Both the position numbers and the translations under genes were made by a program. 64,000 bases of DNA from Octopus sinensis (taxonomy: Eukaryota): positions 1-64,000 of the forward strand of contig NW_021834239.1 of assembly GCF_006345805.1 (NCBI RefSeq), in the 5' to 3' direction. Of the stretch, positions 39,075-51,753 are shown one piece after another; position 1 is the stretch's first letter, and each line of letters opens with the position of its first letter. The notes below the pieces were generated by a model, which saw only the letters and a program-made list of their open reading frames with translations, had not been told where the DNA came from and did no database searches.

Positions 39075-39124
39075 TAATAATAACAATAATAATAATAATA
39101 ATGATAATAATGATAATAATAATA

Positions 39125-39200
<76 letters not shown>
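38808..39200. repeat. Long (AAT)n/(GAT)n microsatellite
   Basis: Directly visible. Confidence 0.95.
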
Positions 39201-39201
<1 letters not shown>

Positions 39202-40249
39202 TGAGAGGACCTTCCTCTCATTCATATCCTTGTGTGAATGAGTCAGAGATAACTCATTATAGCTAGACATCACTTTTATATCGATATTGAACGGAAATGT
39301 ACAAAGAGATAACCCCCCGAATGTATATAAAAATAAAAAAACAATCACACACACAAAAGAAATGCAGATGTAATAAATTAAAGAAAGGAAGGAATAAGAA
39401 AAATGGAAATAAAAATAGTGAAAAATAAATAAGCGAACCTCCAAAAAAAAAAAAAGAATTACAAGAATTTAAATACCAACGGAAAAAGTAAAGTAATATG
39501 AATGAAGATTAGCTGTAATGATCATATCAGTGGATTTGGAAAACAAATTATTTCAACCGAGGCATTTACGAACGCTATGTACTTGTGGTTGAGATATTGG
39601 GCGCCACTCCGTTGCTAAGTGGCTCGGATCGGGTCTGGGATTTTCCATGTTCAAACAGGTGTTTCGATGATTTATTGAAGCAATTATTTATGTTTAAACA
39701 GTTCTGACTCATTGTTTGCATGTAACTATTTCCCGATACACATTTTTTTGTTTCTTTCATATTATTCTCTGCCAAGTGAGAGTGGTAGAGAAGACTGAGG
39801 TGGTTCTCTTACCGCTGAATGTCGATTCAACTAGACTTCATTGATTTATCGCTGTTGTAATATTTTCTGGTACAAATTTTTGCGTTATGTATTATAAAAC
39901 AATATAAGTTTCAATTAAGTGTTCCGAGCTATATTTCATGAGATATTCGTTGCAGAGACCAATGCTAGATTTTGGTGCAAATCTGCAATAGCACCATATA
40001 ATTTTAAATTTTTATTGGAGATAGAATGCATGTGACAAAATCTGTTTGTGATTGCTGTTCGCCCATACTTATATAAATTTGTCAAAGATATTAGTAGGTA
40101 GACATGTGAAGCCTCCAATTTAGAAGTGCTGCATGGGAAATAAATGGCTAAAATTATATTCTATTCCGATACATTCGCTACAATATTGTTACTATATATT
40201 TGAAACAAATTTTCGAAACAGAATATATCATATACAGTTCTATATTTAA

Positions 40250-40610
40250 GACATAAGGAATTATGTAATTGGAATTTTTGAAAAGTAAATATTTTGCATT
40301 ATGTAGCTTGTTATTCTCTTTAAGTGAACATTTTTCTGGTTGAAATACACCGAAAAATGGCGACACAGCAGTCAAGAAATCGTAAAAAATGGGGATTTTC
40401 ATAGAAAAAAAAGCACCTTTTTTATGCAAATAATTTTTGGTGTTAACATGGTCCGATTTGAATTCCTTCTACGAAAGGAAGAGAAAGCCTCCTTCTATCA
40501 AACTCTCAATTTTGGTCAACTTGCGCCGCAGGGTCTAGGAGGAGATAGTGTTAGTTGATGGCTACCAAACTTGCCATACACAGACAACTTCAGCTTTATA
40601 TAAATAGAGA
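40250..40610 (+). mobile_element. Possible Helitron/Helentron-type non-autonomous element 3' end
   Basis: Ends acagacaacttcagctttatataaatagagat, recalling DINE-1/HINE-type termini. Resemblance is from memory only. Confidence 0.3.
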
Positions 40611-42469
40611 TTTGTAAACTTAGACGTTATATATATTTGTACGGGCGACTCCATGATTGTGATAGTCAGGATCGTTCTATTTGAAACATTAGAAGTATTT
40701 AAAAGATGTTAGCGAACATTTAAATAATGTTTATATCAAGAGAGGCGAACTGTTAGAGTTTTTAGAGTTGTCATTTATGAATAAGTAATAAAATCTTTTA
40801 AAATGTCTGCTTAAAAGAATGTTTATGACAGGAAATAAGAATTTAGTCAGTCTGACCTTCTGTACATGAATCGGTTCATATTGCTAATCATCTTGTTAAT
40901 CGAAATATCACGACATTCCTGTTATTCAACACAAGAAAGTAGGTTTTCTGTCTACAGAAGATACGCTACTACTTCGATAAAATATATCACAAATAAGACA
41001 CACGAATCAAAATATTGTTAGATGTAACGTGTCTGTGTAATATATGTAATGGGGATAAATGCTTCCTCGAAAAAAGGGTTGAATTTTAGTCTGTGATTAA
41101 ATTTAATAAAATTATCGAAATAGTTTTCTAACTGAATATATTGACTTTATATTTCCTTTTTATTTTTTAAGGAGTCTTCCCAAAAGTCTTTATTCAAATT
41201 CCGACGTCTGCATACTTACGATTTTCTCTCCCTGTGGAGCTTTGAACATCGACGACTTTTTCCCCCATTCTTGACCCTGGTCAGTCTTCAAGCCACTCAC
41301 TCAATAAAGGCAGGTGCACATACTAAAGGACCCAGGTCATAAAGGAAGATGCACGTACTTAGAGCCCAATTATGTCAGGTTTGAATTGTTATCGTTGTAT
41401 ATATTTGGTTTTCCTTTGTACTGGTGTTGAGCCAACACAAACAATTTTACCTCTGAGAGAATTTGACCCTTAGCCTGGCCTCTATCATTTGACATGTTTA
41501 GCATGAACCTCTAATTGACTGGAACGTAAACACACCAACACCATTTGCCAATTGGTAGCTGGGGACAAACTGTGTCGCAAACACCCCCCACACAGGTATA
41601 TATGCATATATATATATATATATATATATACGACGGACATCTGTCAGTTTCCATCTACAAAATCCACTCACAAGGCTTTGATCGATCTGTGGGTATAGTA
41701 GAGGACACTCGCCGAAGGTGTCACGCAGTGGGACTGAACTCGGATCAATGTGCTTTGGATACAAGCATTACAGCCACACCTAAGCTTATAACAATGTTTA
41801 TATATAGACACATGAAAATATATAAGAAATTTTGCCCATGTGTTATCAGTAGTACTTTCACCAATGTGATCCTGTCATTGCTATCACTTCTACCGACAAT
41901 TGGCAAAAAGTTTCTCTCAATACTCACAAAACATCTCCATCTTATGTTGAATCAAGTTTAGCAACACTAGAGATTTTTCTGTCAGAATATATATAACAGA
42001 CTTCGAATTGTGTGGTGACAACTGTCGCAATCAATCAGTCCAATTATTTATAGCAACCGTATTTCATCGGCCAAATAGGATTAAATCATACGTAAATATT
42101 TGATACAAGAATCTGCCATCTTCGCATATAATTCCCATCACCATTCTAAGTGCCACTAGTAAATACAATGAACTGTAAATTATAAAATTATATAAAAGTT
42201 GCTTATTTTGCATACGAGAAAATTGTTTAGCATGTGACATATTGCAATTGTCAGATTGCTCCGATACTACAGCAAGAAAAAAAAAAGATTTTGGTCATAA
42301 AGTTTTAGAAATGTCAATCTTGCTGATTTCTTATTTATTCCCATTGATAATTGGCATACTTTCTTCGAAAATTCTTCCTGCGCATCGTTAAGTTTTATGT
42401 TTTCAGTTGTCATTTATATTGGCGTATAATGAGGACATACATTGAAACGTACTCACCGATATACGCATT

Positions 42470-42503
<34 letters not shown>

Positions 42504-42706
42504 ATTATATAGAGAGAGAGAGAGAGGAGAGAGGGGGGGAAGATAAATTGATAGATAGATAGGTAAATAGATAAATCGATAGATAGATCGATTGATAGGT
42601 GGGTAGATAGAAAGATAGATGGGTAGATAGATAGATAAATAGATAGAGAGATAGAGAGATTAATATATATATATATATATCGAGAGAGAGAGAGAGAGAG
42701 AGAGAC

Positions 42707-42779
<73 letters not shown>

Positions 42780-42805
42780 GTAGATAGGTAGATATATATA
42801 TATAT

Positions 42806-42855
<50 letters not shown>

Positions 42856-43294
42856 TGATTGATGTCTTCAGAGTATAAACTTCATTCTACATTCAATAAA
42901 AAATGGAGAGAACAGGAAAGAAAGAGAAAATAAACATCGAGAGAAAGAATGTTAGAGTTACTCAGTGTTTCTTTACATTACCAAGTTCAAATCCAGGTGG
43001 TATTGAAGATACAGCGATTTCAGCCATTTTGTTTTAATTTGTCCCTTTGGATAGCTGGATTCATAATTTTAATTCTAATTTAAATTAGGATGTTAATTGT
43101 GTGAAGATTGTAATGCTGATGTACAATAGTAGCTTTCCTTTTGTTTTATTTCTTATTCCCTTCTTCGTCTTCACTGATTGAAACTGTTTTAATTTCTAAC
43201 CAGAATATTGATTATGTATAAGAAATGGCATTGAAATGTATCTAATAATTCTCATTTAGTTCTAAATGTATATCCGTAAACATATGTTTATATA

Positions 43295-43404
43295 TTCTTC
43301 TTCTTCTTCTTCTTCTTCTTCTTCTTCTTCTTCTTCTTCTTCTTCTTCTTCTTCTTCTTCTTCTTCTTCTTCTTCTTCTTCTTCTTCTTCTTCTTCTTCT
43401 TCTT

Positions 43405-43435
<31 letters not shown>

Positions 43436-43872
43436 ATCCTTTTTTCCCCTTGTGGAGCATAGGGCCACAACATTTGTTTTCCACCTTTTGCGGTCATTGG
43501 CGTGTTGCTTGGCTGCTTCCCATGTCAGGCCGGTGGTCCTGAGATCGTCCAAAATGCTCCGTTTCCATGTCTGCTTTGGGCGTCCTCGCTTCCTTTTCCC
43601 CTGCGGGTTCCAGTCAAATGCTTGTCATGTCACATTTGAGGGTTCTTTCCGCAGTGAGTGTCCAATCCATCTCCATTTCCTTCGTCTAATCTGAACATGT
43701 ATGTGCTCCTGGTTGGCCCTTTCCCACAGGTCGGTGTTTGGCACTCTGTCGAACCACTTCAGATGGAGGATCTGCCGGAGACATTCGTTGATGAAGGTCT
43801 GGATCTTCTTGTAGTTGCTACATGTGGCTCTCCATGTTTCAGAGCCATACAAATGCACCGATTTTACGTTTT
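43295..43872 (-). mobile_element. 5'-truncated RTE-clade LINE with ~140-bp (GAA)n tail and 12-bp TSD
   Basis: Reads LYGSETW..CLRQIL..W..IRRRKWRWIGHSLRK..AFDWNPQGKRKRGRPKQTWKRSI. TSD tatgtttatata at 43283-43294 and 43873-43884. Confidence 0.9.
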
Positions 43873-44824
43873 TATGTTTATATAGTGATGCTCTATCTGT
43901 ATAAATTAGCAGATAAATAGATCACTAGTATATTCAGGTGATTGTTTTTATTTGAAAGAAAATACTAATAGAACGTAAAGTATAATAGCCATCTCAATAT
44001 GGCTAACCACTAAGGGTGGGTGTTACTGTAGCTTTTAGCCCTCGGGGATCATCGTCTCCAGCTGGCTTTAGGCACACTAGCTGTGCCCTTATGGTATTTG
44101 CAAAGGGAGGTCATCCCTCTCTCTCTCCCTTTGGTTAACCCGAGGACATAGTGCAAGACGCTTCCTCAACGTGCCACGTAGTTGGACGGAACCCGGAGTC
44201 ATGTGTTTAGGAAGCAAGCTTCTTACCTCACAGCCACAGTTATACATACACATCAGCGCGTGGGTGTTTGTGTGCGTGCGTGCCAGTATGCGTGATATTC
44301 TAAACAATTTCCTTATAGCCAAACTTCTTTGTGAGAGAGTGGCTGATCCAGCGCTTATCCCTCGCTATTCTTCGGGGCAATGCCTTTTCTATTTTCTCTG
44401 CTGGCGCCAAAAGAAATGATTCTACATTATTTCTAAAAAAGATTCACTGTTTATCATTTTCTCTTTTAATTGGTTATTGAAATGACTTCAGCGCTATTCG
44501 AACAGATCTATAACACTGAAGAAATTTTTTTGAATATATTGGTATATCTAAAGCTAGTAAATTTCCCTATAATACAGCATATGAATATATTGTTGCGCTG
44601 CGAACTTCTGCATCAACCTATTATACAATAATATTAACTAATAGCCTCTTTATTTCGAATGCACACAATACACACAGAGAGAATGTATTTGAGCATTGAA
44701 AATCATAGTAAAACCCTATAGACAAAATAATTCATCATATCAATGGAAGAAAAGATAAAAAGCAAGTGAACAAAAAACAAACAAGAAAATGTTTATTTTA
44801 GTTTAAAACAACCACTCACACAAT

Positions 44825-44905
<81 letters not shown>

Positions 44906-45019
44906 TGTGTGTATGTGTGTGTGTGTGCGTGTGTAAGTGTGTGTGTGTATGTATGTATATGTATGTATCTATATATACAGAGTTATGCATATATATGTAT
45001 GTATATATATGTATATATT

Positions 45020-45114
<95 letters not shown>

Positions 45115-45317
45115 TGACGCGTTTTAACGATATTTTTTTCCTGCACAAGCCGGCGGGGTAAAAGATAGGTTTTCTAGATATGTTTTTGTTAGGATTTCTC
45201 TTTTACTACATTTAGTTTTTTATTGCATTCCCATAACACGAAAAACAAATTATTCCTTCCTTATATAATAATTCAAATTTGTTGTAGTCGATTTAACTTG
45301 CAACGTTTTTTTTTCCT

Positions 45318-45348
<31 letters not shown>

Positions 45349-46062
45349 TATCTCCTTTATATTTTGCTTTTTGCTTCTTAGTTATTTAAACCGATTTCAG
45401 AACAAAAAAACTACGTTCTCCTCTCCTTCCTTTCTCGTATATTATTTTAAAATTACATTTAGCAAATCTATTTGGAGACAATATTCTTCTTATCGACTTA
45501 CTGTTATGTAATTTACCTACAGTCAACTAAGCAGATGTATGGAGGTTAAAGTGAAATATATATGGAAATAGGATAAAAGTGATTAGCTTTGAATTATAAC
45601 TGTGTATTGACAACAGAAGCAATGGCTCGTATGTCACTGCTAGGGAACTGTGTGGTTTTTTTATGAGAATCATGTAACATATTAGAATGATAAATAGGAA
45701 AATTCCCGTTTAAATCAAGATTAGAGTAAGTTATTTTATCAAATAGGAATATTGATGGTTGCATTTCGCGCTTAAACACACGCAAGTTTAAATACAAATA
45801 TATACTAAAGTGGTTTATAGGTGTGTGACGTTTATCTCTCTGTATGTATGTATGAGTGTGTGTGTGTGTGAGTCTGTATGCGTACATGTATGCATGTAGA
45901 TACATATGTATGTGTACATTTAATGCTAAGAGTGTTTAGCGTGATTTTCCCTGTATCGAAGCTCAATCAGGTTTGAGTTGAATCAACTCAAACGTGCACG
46001 AAACAGATTTAGATCTATTCATTTTCTCCAGATATATACACACGTATCAATGTATATATGTA

Positions 46063-46405
46063 CAGGGTGGGGCAAAATGATTTGACATATGTGCAGGTTT
46101 AATAAAAGGGAAATAAAGAACGAAAAATGTATTTTTATTTTCGAAATGTTCATTTAATGCTAATTTGCTTTATGTGGTTTTAAAACTTAAATCTGTCGAG
46201 TGTGTGATGTTACTGTCCACACACTGTCGAAGGTGTTCACGAAAGTTGCCCATAACTCGACAGGTCATTTTACGTGGAATGGCAGCAATTTCTTGACGAA
46301 TGGCATCTTTTAACTGTTCAATAGATCGATGGCGATGAGTGTATACCTCTGATTTCATGTATTTCCAAATAAAATAATCGCACGGGTTCAAATCAGGTGA
46401 CCGTT
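46063..46405 (-). mobile_element. Tc1/mariner-superfamily 3' fragment with TA-CAGGGTG terminus
   Basis: Reads SPDLNPCDYFIWKYMKSEVY..SIEQLKDAIRQEIAAIP. TIR CAGGGTG follows TA at 46061-46062. Confidence 0.75.
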
Positions 46406-46409
46406 ATTC

Positions 46410-46780
46410 CATCATCGTTATCACCATCATCATCGTCTTCGTCATTATCATGAACACCATCACCATCGCCGATGTCGTTATATTCATTATGGTCATTGTC
46501 GTCATTAACATCAACATCATTATCAACATAATCATCATCATCATCATCGTCGTCGTCGTCATCATCATCATCACCAACGTTACCATCATCATCAACTTCA
46601 ATGTTGTCATCATCACATCATCTTTATCATCAAAAAGTTATCATCATCATCATTACCATCATCATTATCATCATCACCATTATCATCATCTTCTCCCTCC
46701 TACACCTCCCCCCTCCTCCTCATCATCATCATCATTATCATCATCATCATTATTATCACCATCATTATCATCATAATCAA
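46410..46780. repeat. (CAT)n-type degenerate microsatellite
   Basis: Directly visible. Confidence 0.9.
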
Positions 46781-47217
46781 CATACACTATTGTTCTTATC
46801 ACAATATCCATCCTTCCGCAACATTCTATCCTCTCGTTCTATTTTTAATTTCACTCGCATTCTTCAATTCCTTTTCCTTTACAAAAAACAGAATAATATT
46901 AACCCAAAAGATATGTATACAGCCCAGACTTCCTTCTCAACGTTGACCGAGACCAACAAATTGAATATTTCTGATAAGAACAGCAAACGATTGCCTCAAG
47001 TTAAATCCACTTCAGAGAAAATTCATTTCACAAACTCAACAACACCAACTTATTCGCGCTTCATTATACGCGTGCATTTCCATTTTCTCTTATTTGTATA
47101 CGCTCCTTGTGATATTCGGTGTGTTGCTTAGGATTCTCATGTTTCCCTGTAAATAAATATATATATATGTGTGTGTGTGTGTCTGTGTATGAATATGTAT
47201 GTATGTCGGTAGGTATA

Positions 47218-47262
<45 letters not shown>

Positions 47263-47449
47263 GCATATACGAATTGAACAGCTATGAAACGATCATAGTG
47301 TTATACTAATTATCTTTTTTTAATAATTTTGATATATATTTAAAATAATATAAATTAATTAATCTTATGTATTGACTGACGTTTTTCATCGTATGATTTG
47401 CCTAATAGTGGTTTTATCTCTAATTTAATATTATATATATATATATATA

Positions 47450-47527
<78 letters not shown>

Positions 47528-47767
47528 ATACCATGCACACCTATTGATTATGAAGATTTACAAGTCTTTGGTGTAGCAATTGAACTATCTGTTATGCCGA
47601 TTATGCATTGATGTAAGAATAAGTTTTCCTATGAAGCTCGAAACATATGTACCGTGACATCCTTTGTGTCCTGTTTTTCATTTTATTTCATTTGATACAT
47701 ATATCCTCTCACCTATGCTACTAGCTGGCATATACAGGTGCTTACGTTTATCAAGTATTCACCCTGA

Positions 47768-47810
<43 letters not shown>

Positions 47811-48612
47811 CATAATTTGGCTCTATCATTCCCAGCGACAGATTGGAAATCGTGTTTGAATGTGGGTGAAGAAGACTGTTTCTTCTCACTCTCTTACTTT
47901 ATGAGAGTGTGTGTATATGTGTATGAGTGTGTGTATACGTACACAAGGGATGACAACAACTCACATTCAAAGAGAGACACAGTCACACTATCAGACATCT
48001 ACGCATTCATTCCAAGTAACACAGACACACACACACATACACACACACACACACACATACACTATTCACGGCCACACACACTTAAACGAAGTGAATGTTC
48101 TTTAGACAAATATCCGTTTAAGAAGTCACTAACTACTTTAATTGTTTCTTAAGTACATTTATATTTGTCTAAAAGCGTATGCATTATAATTATATCGATT
48201 ACCGGAAATATGGATACATCTAATGCCAAGAGTGGTATCGATTACATTGACCCCCGCCAAAATTAAATTTGAACCAGTTTTCATTTTGACGAGAAATTAA
48301 AATGTAAATTTTATAATTGGTCGTTCAAAAGATTCTCCTTCGAACTTAAATCCCAAAGTTGCCATATGATGAGGTTTAATCACAATCTCACAGACACACA
48401 GACATGCGCACCATACACTTATACATAGGCACATGTGCACGCACATAAACACACTACACTTTCACACACACAAACAAACACACATATACGCACATACACA
48501 TGTGGCGACATATCGAAGAAGATAATTGCGCTTAAAAGATTGTGAGAAAATTAAAAAGCACTCTAGCAAGAATCTGACATCTGGGACGTGTTTATATCCA
48601 TACATACATACA

Positions 48613-48814
48613 TACATACACACATATATATGCAAATATATACACACGCACACGGGCTCACACATAGACACAGAAATATATGTGTATGTATATATATATA
48701 TATGTGTATGTCTATATATATATATATATATATATATACATACACATATATTTCTGTGTCTATGTGTGAGCCCGTGTGCTTGTGTGTATATTTGCATATA
48801 TATGTGTGTATGTA
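48613..48814. repeat. Fold-back palindrome centred on (TA)n
   Basis: cacgggctcacacatagacacagaaatatatgtgtatg versus catacacatatatttctgtgtctatgtgtgagcccgtg. Arms are ~85 bp. Confidence 0.85.
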
Positions 48815-49485
48815 GTTGAGTACACATTACTGGTAGATGGAGCGAATATGAGATAAAGGGAGAAAGAAAGTGAGCGAGAGAGAGAGCGAGAGAGAGAGAG
48901 AGAGAGACAGGCAGACAGAGAAAGAGAGAATTGAAGACAGAGACCGAATAACTGACAAAACAAACTGATAGCTGTGCACCGAAGAGAAGGTCGTGAGAAA
49001 ATTAACAGATACTGAAAAATGAATGTGACATCTGGAACATGCATACGACTCACCCTCTCTTTCTGACAGCCTTTCCGTCTGTCCCCTTCTTCGGCTTTCT
49101 CCAAACAATTCGTGCGCTTGTATGTGTGTGTGTGCGTGTGTGGTTGAGTATAGGAAAGTGTTTACTCCGGCGTGTATGTATGTGCGTGTGTGTACACGTG
49201 TATGTACGCATGTTTGTATATATGTGAGTATATGTGTGTGCATGTATGTATATTTATATATAGGAGGAATTACAACCGTGTTTCGTGGTCTGCTACCACA
49301 ACAGCTCCTTTATAGGATCCAGTTAGCTCAAGAGATCATCAGGAGGAACCACGTCCGGTTTCGGCCCCTACTCCTCTACCGTTTCAGCTCTGGTGTTGGG
49401 TGCATGTCTTCTTTCTTCTGTTCCCTGGACTCTTCGATGTATTGTCAGCGAGTGTCAGCCGGTGACAGACTGTCTTATATACATT

Positions 49486-49775
49486 ATTGTTGTTTATTCC
49501 TTCTGGAAGAATGCCTGGCTCATAAGGGCCGTTTTCCTGGTTCCGCTGGCTTAAAGGTTCCCCACGTGGACGGGACACCAGTCCGTCGTAAGTGAACTGC
49601 AAGATGCAGGAGGAAAGAGTGGGAGAAAGTTGTGGCGAAAAAGTCAGCAGAAGTTCGCCATTACCTTCTGCCGGAGTCGCGTGGAGCTTAGGTGTTTCGC
49701 TCATAAACACACACATAGCCCGGTCTGAGATTCGAACCCGCGACCCCTCGACAGTGAGTCCGCTGCTCTAACCAC
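49486..49775 (-). mobile_element. tRNA-derived SINE (head A variant + tail 2), followed by the repeat homologous to 2190-2383
   Basis: Reverse complement of the 25373 family. Confidence 0.85.
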
Positions 49776-49823
49776 ATTATACATACATAGATACATACAT
49801 ACATACATACATATATATATATG

Positions 49824-49904
<81 letters not shown>

Positions 49905-49960
49905 ATTATTGGTGAATTGAAGAAATGGAGCTGAACGCAGATTGAACAGAAATCGTTTTA

Positions 49961-50050
49961 TTTCATTCTACACGTGTTTCGAAAGGCACAAATTACCACA
50001 ATCCGATTGAATAATGGGACCATATTGTGTCTTTCTCTTCAGGAAGAAAA
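49961..50050 (-). ncRNA. Type I hammerhead ribozyme candidate, canonical core
   Basis: Stem I TTC/GAA, core CTGAAGA (50042-50036), stem II GAAAGACACAA/TTGTGCCTTTC, GAAA, palindromic ACACGTGT stem III, and GUA site (cleavage between 49969 and 49968). Confidence 0.8.
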
Positions 50051-51640
50051 AGGAAATCCGTTGAAAAACAAAAACAGAACAGAGGCGGAGCAAAACCAAA
50101 TCGAACTGTGCTCCTAAGAGCCCATGGCGAAACTGTTATCAGTGTATGTTGAGACCGGTGGCTGAAGAATTCAACGGGTCAGGCATCGGTCAATCATGGT
50201 GGGTGAGGGTGTATAGATGTTCTTTGTGACCGAGAATAAAGTTCTGACTATTTAAAGAATATTGGATGTTTTATAAGGGGCGAGAAAAAAATCTACTTAG
50301 AGACGTGTGTGTGAGTATACTGTTCTATATATGTGTGTGTTGGCGTAGGGGTAGAAAACATTTTTTTGTGTACGTGTGTGCGTTTGATCGTTCGGCTGTC
50401 AGTGGCTACTGCCGTGATAACCGTTGGGTGGCAGAAAGAAAAAAATAAAAAAAATTATATATAATATTTGTTTTATGTGTGTGTGTGTTCATCTAAGCCT
50501 GCCTTGACAAGGAAACCCCCCGCTGTGAAAAAACCAAGCCCCGTTTGTCTTACAGGAGTAATTCCCCTTACAGTGGTTAATCGTAGATATCTTAAAGGCT
50601 ATTTCAGAATTTGTTACCAAGGGCTATGGGTGCCGGTATTATTTATAAACGCTATTTAAAGGCCAGATAAGTGTAACGTCGCCAATGGGGGCATCGAAAA
50701 GCCGACTGTAAGAGCCCGTTTACCATCCGGCCTCTGGCAAACAAAATATGGAAGAGTTCGGAGACACAAAGGTTGCACTGTCTTCTGCCCCTATCAAATG
50801 GGAGGGCCACCGACAAAATTGACCATTCCAGCCTATAGCTTAAGTTCGCATCCTTCAGTCGCCATATTAGCTTACTGAGTCCCGTGGTCTGGCGCTTGTT
50901 CACGTCCCGAAAAGTTGCGTAATGGTTGGAGACACGCAAAGACAATCTTGAGGATGATGCCCTACATAAGTGAAGGCATCTGAGTCCGTGTAAACCTTGC
51001 ATTGGTAGACGGCGTTTTTGATCTTGGAGTTCGCCGACGTGAATCTTAATCTGCTAGGATTGGTTTCTGAAATTAGAACTGCGTTCCTGTCACTATATTC
51101 GTTCCGAGACCTGCAGCCGCTTACTACTCTATTTTCCACTACGTCACTATTAACTATAGGAATACCCCTGATTCTCCACTATCTATCAGAGTGCTGTCAT
51201 TGCTACTGCCCGTGGTACTGCTATTGCGGGAAATGATGCTGGGGATGCTAATGGGGCTCTACCCTACTCCCATTGTTACCGTCAACCACAACACCCCTAT
51301 TTATAACTATACCCCTAGTGGGTACTCCCTGGCTGGAGCTGAGATTATGTGTCACTGTACTGGCTCTCATATCATTATTACTACTATAATTATTCCTACT
51401 GAGCATTAAACCGGGAGCGGAAGAGGCTGTGCCTCCGGAAAGAGGTGATAGGGTCTTAGTAAGTAGCCTATTATTATGGGAGGCGATTATCTGGGCGAGG
51501 TTTTTAATGTTGGAGAAAGCTATCCTAACTTTATGTGAGTTAACCGTGGAGTAATATTTGGAATTTCTGGGGAAGTTATTGGCGATGGCTTGTCTAAACA
51601 TGAGGGGGAGGTTAGTTCTAATCTGTCCTGGTAAAATTTT
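49961..51640 (-). mobile_element. 5'-truncated Penelope-like element (linker + GIY-YIG endonuclease + 3' region with hammerhead)
   Basis: Frames read NNFPRNSKYY..KVRIAFS..NLAQIIASHN, NAVYQCKV..TYVG, and NHYATFR..TGLSKLIWRLKD..EWSIL..CNLCVSE. These are typical PLE GIY-YIG motifs. Confidence 0.8.
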
Positions 51641-51707
51641 TGTAGCAATTCAGGCATTTGTCATGATGTTGGGCAGAGGAGAAAATAATCTCCTTGATTT
51701 ACTAAAT

Positions 51708-51753
<46 letters not shown>

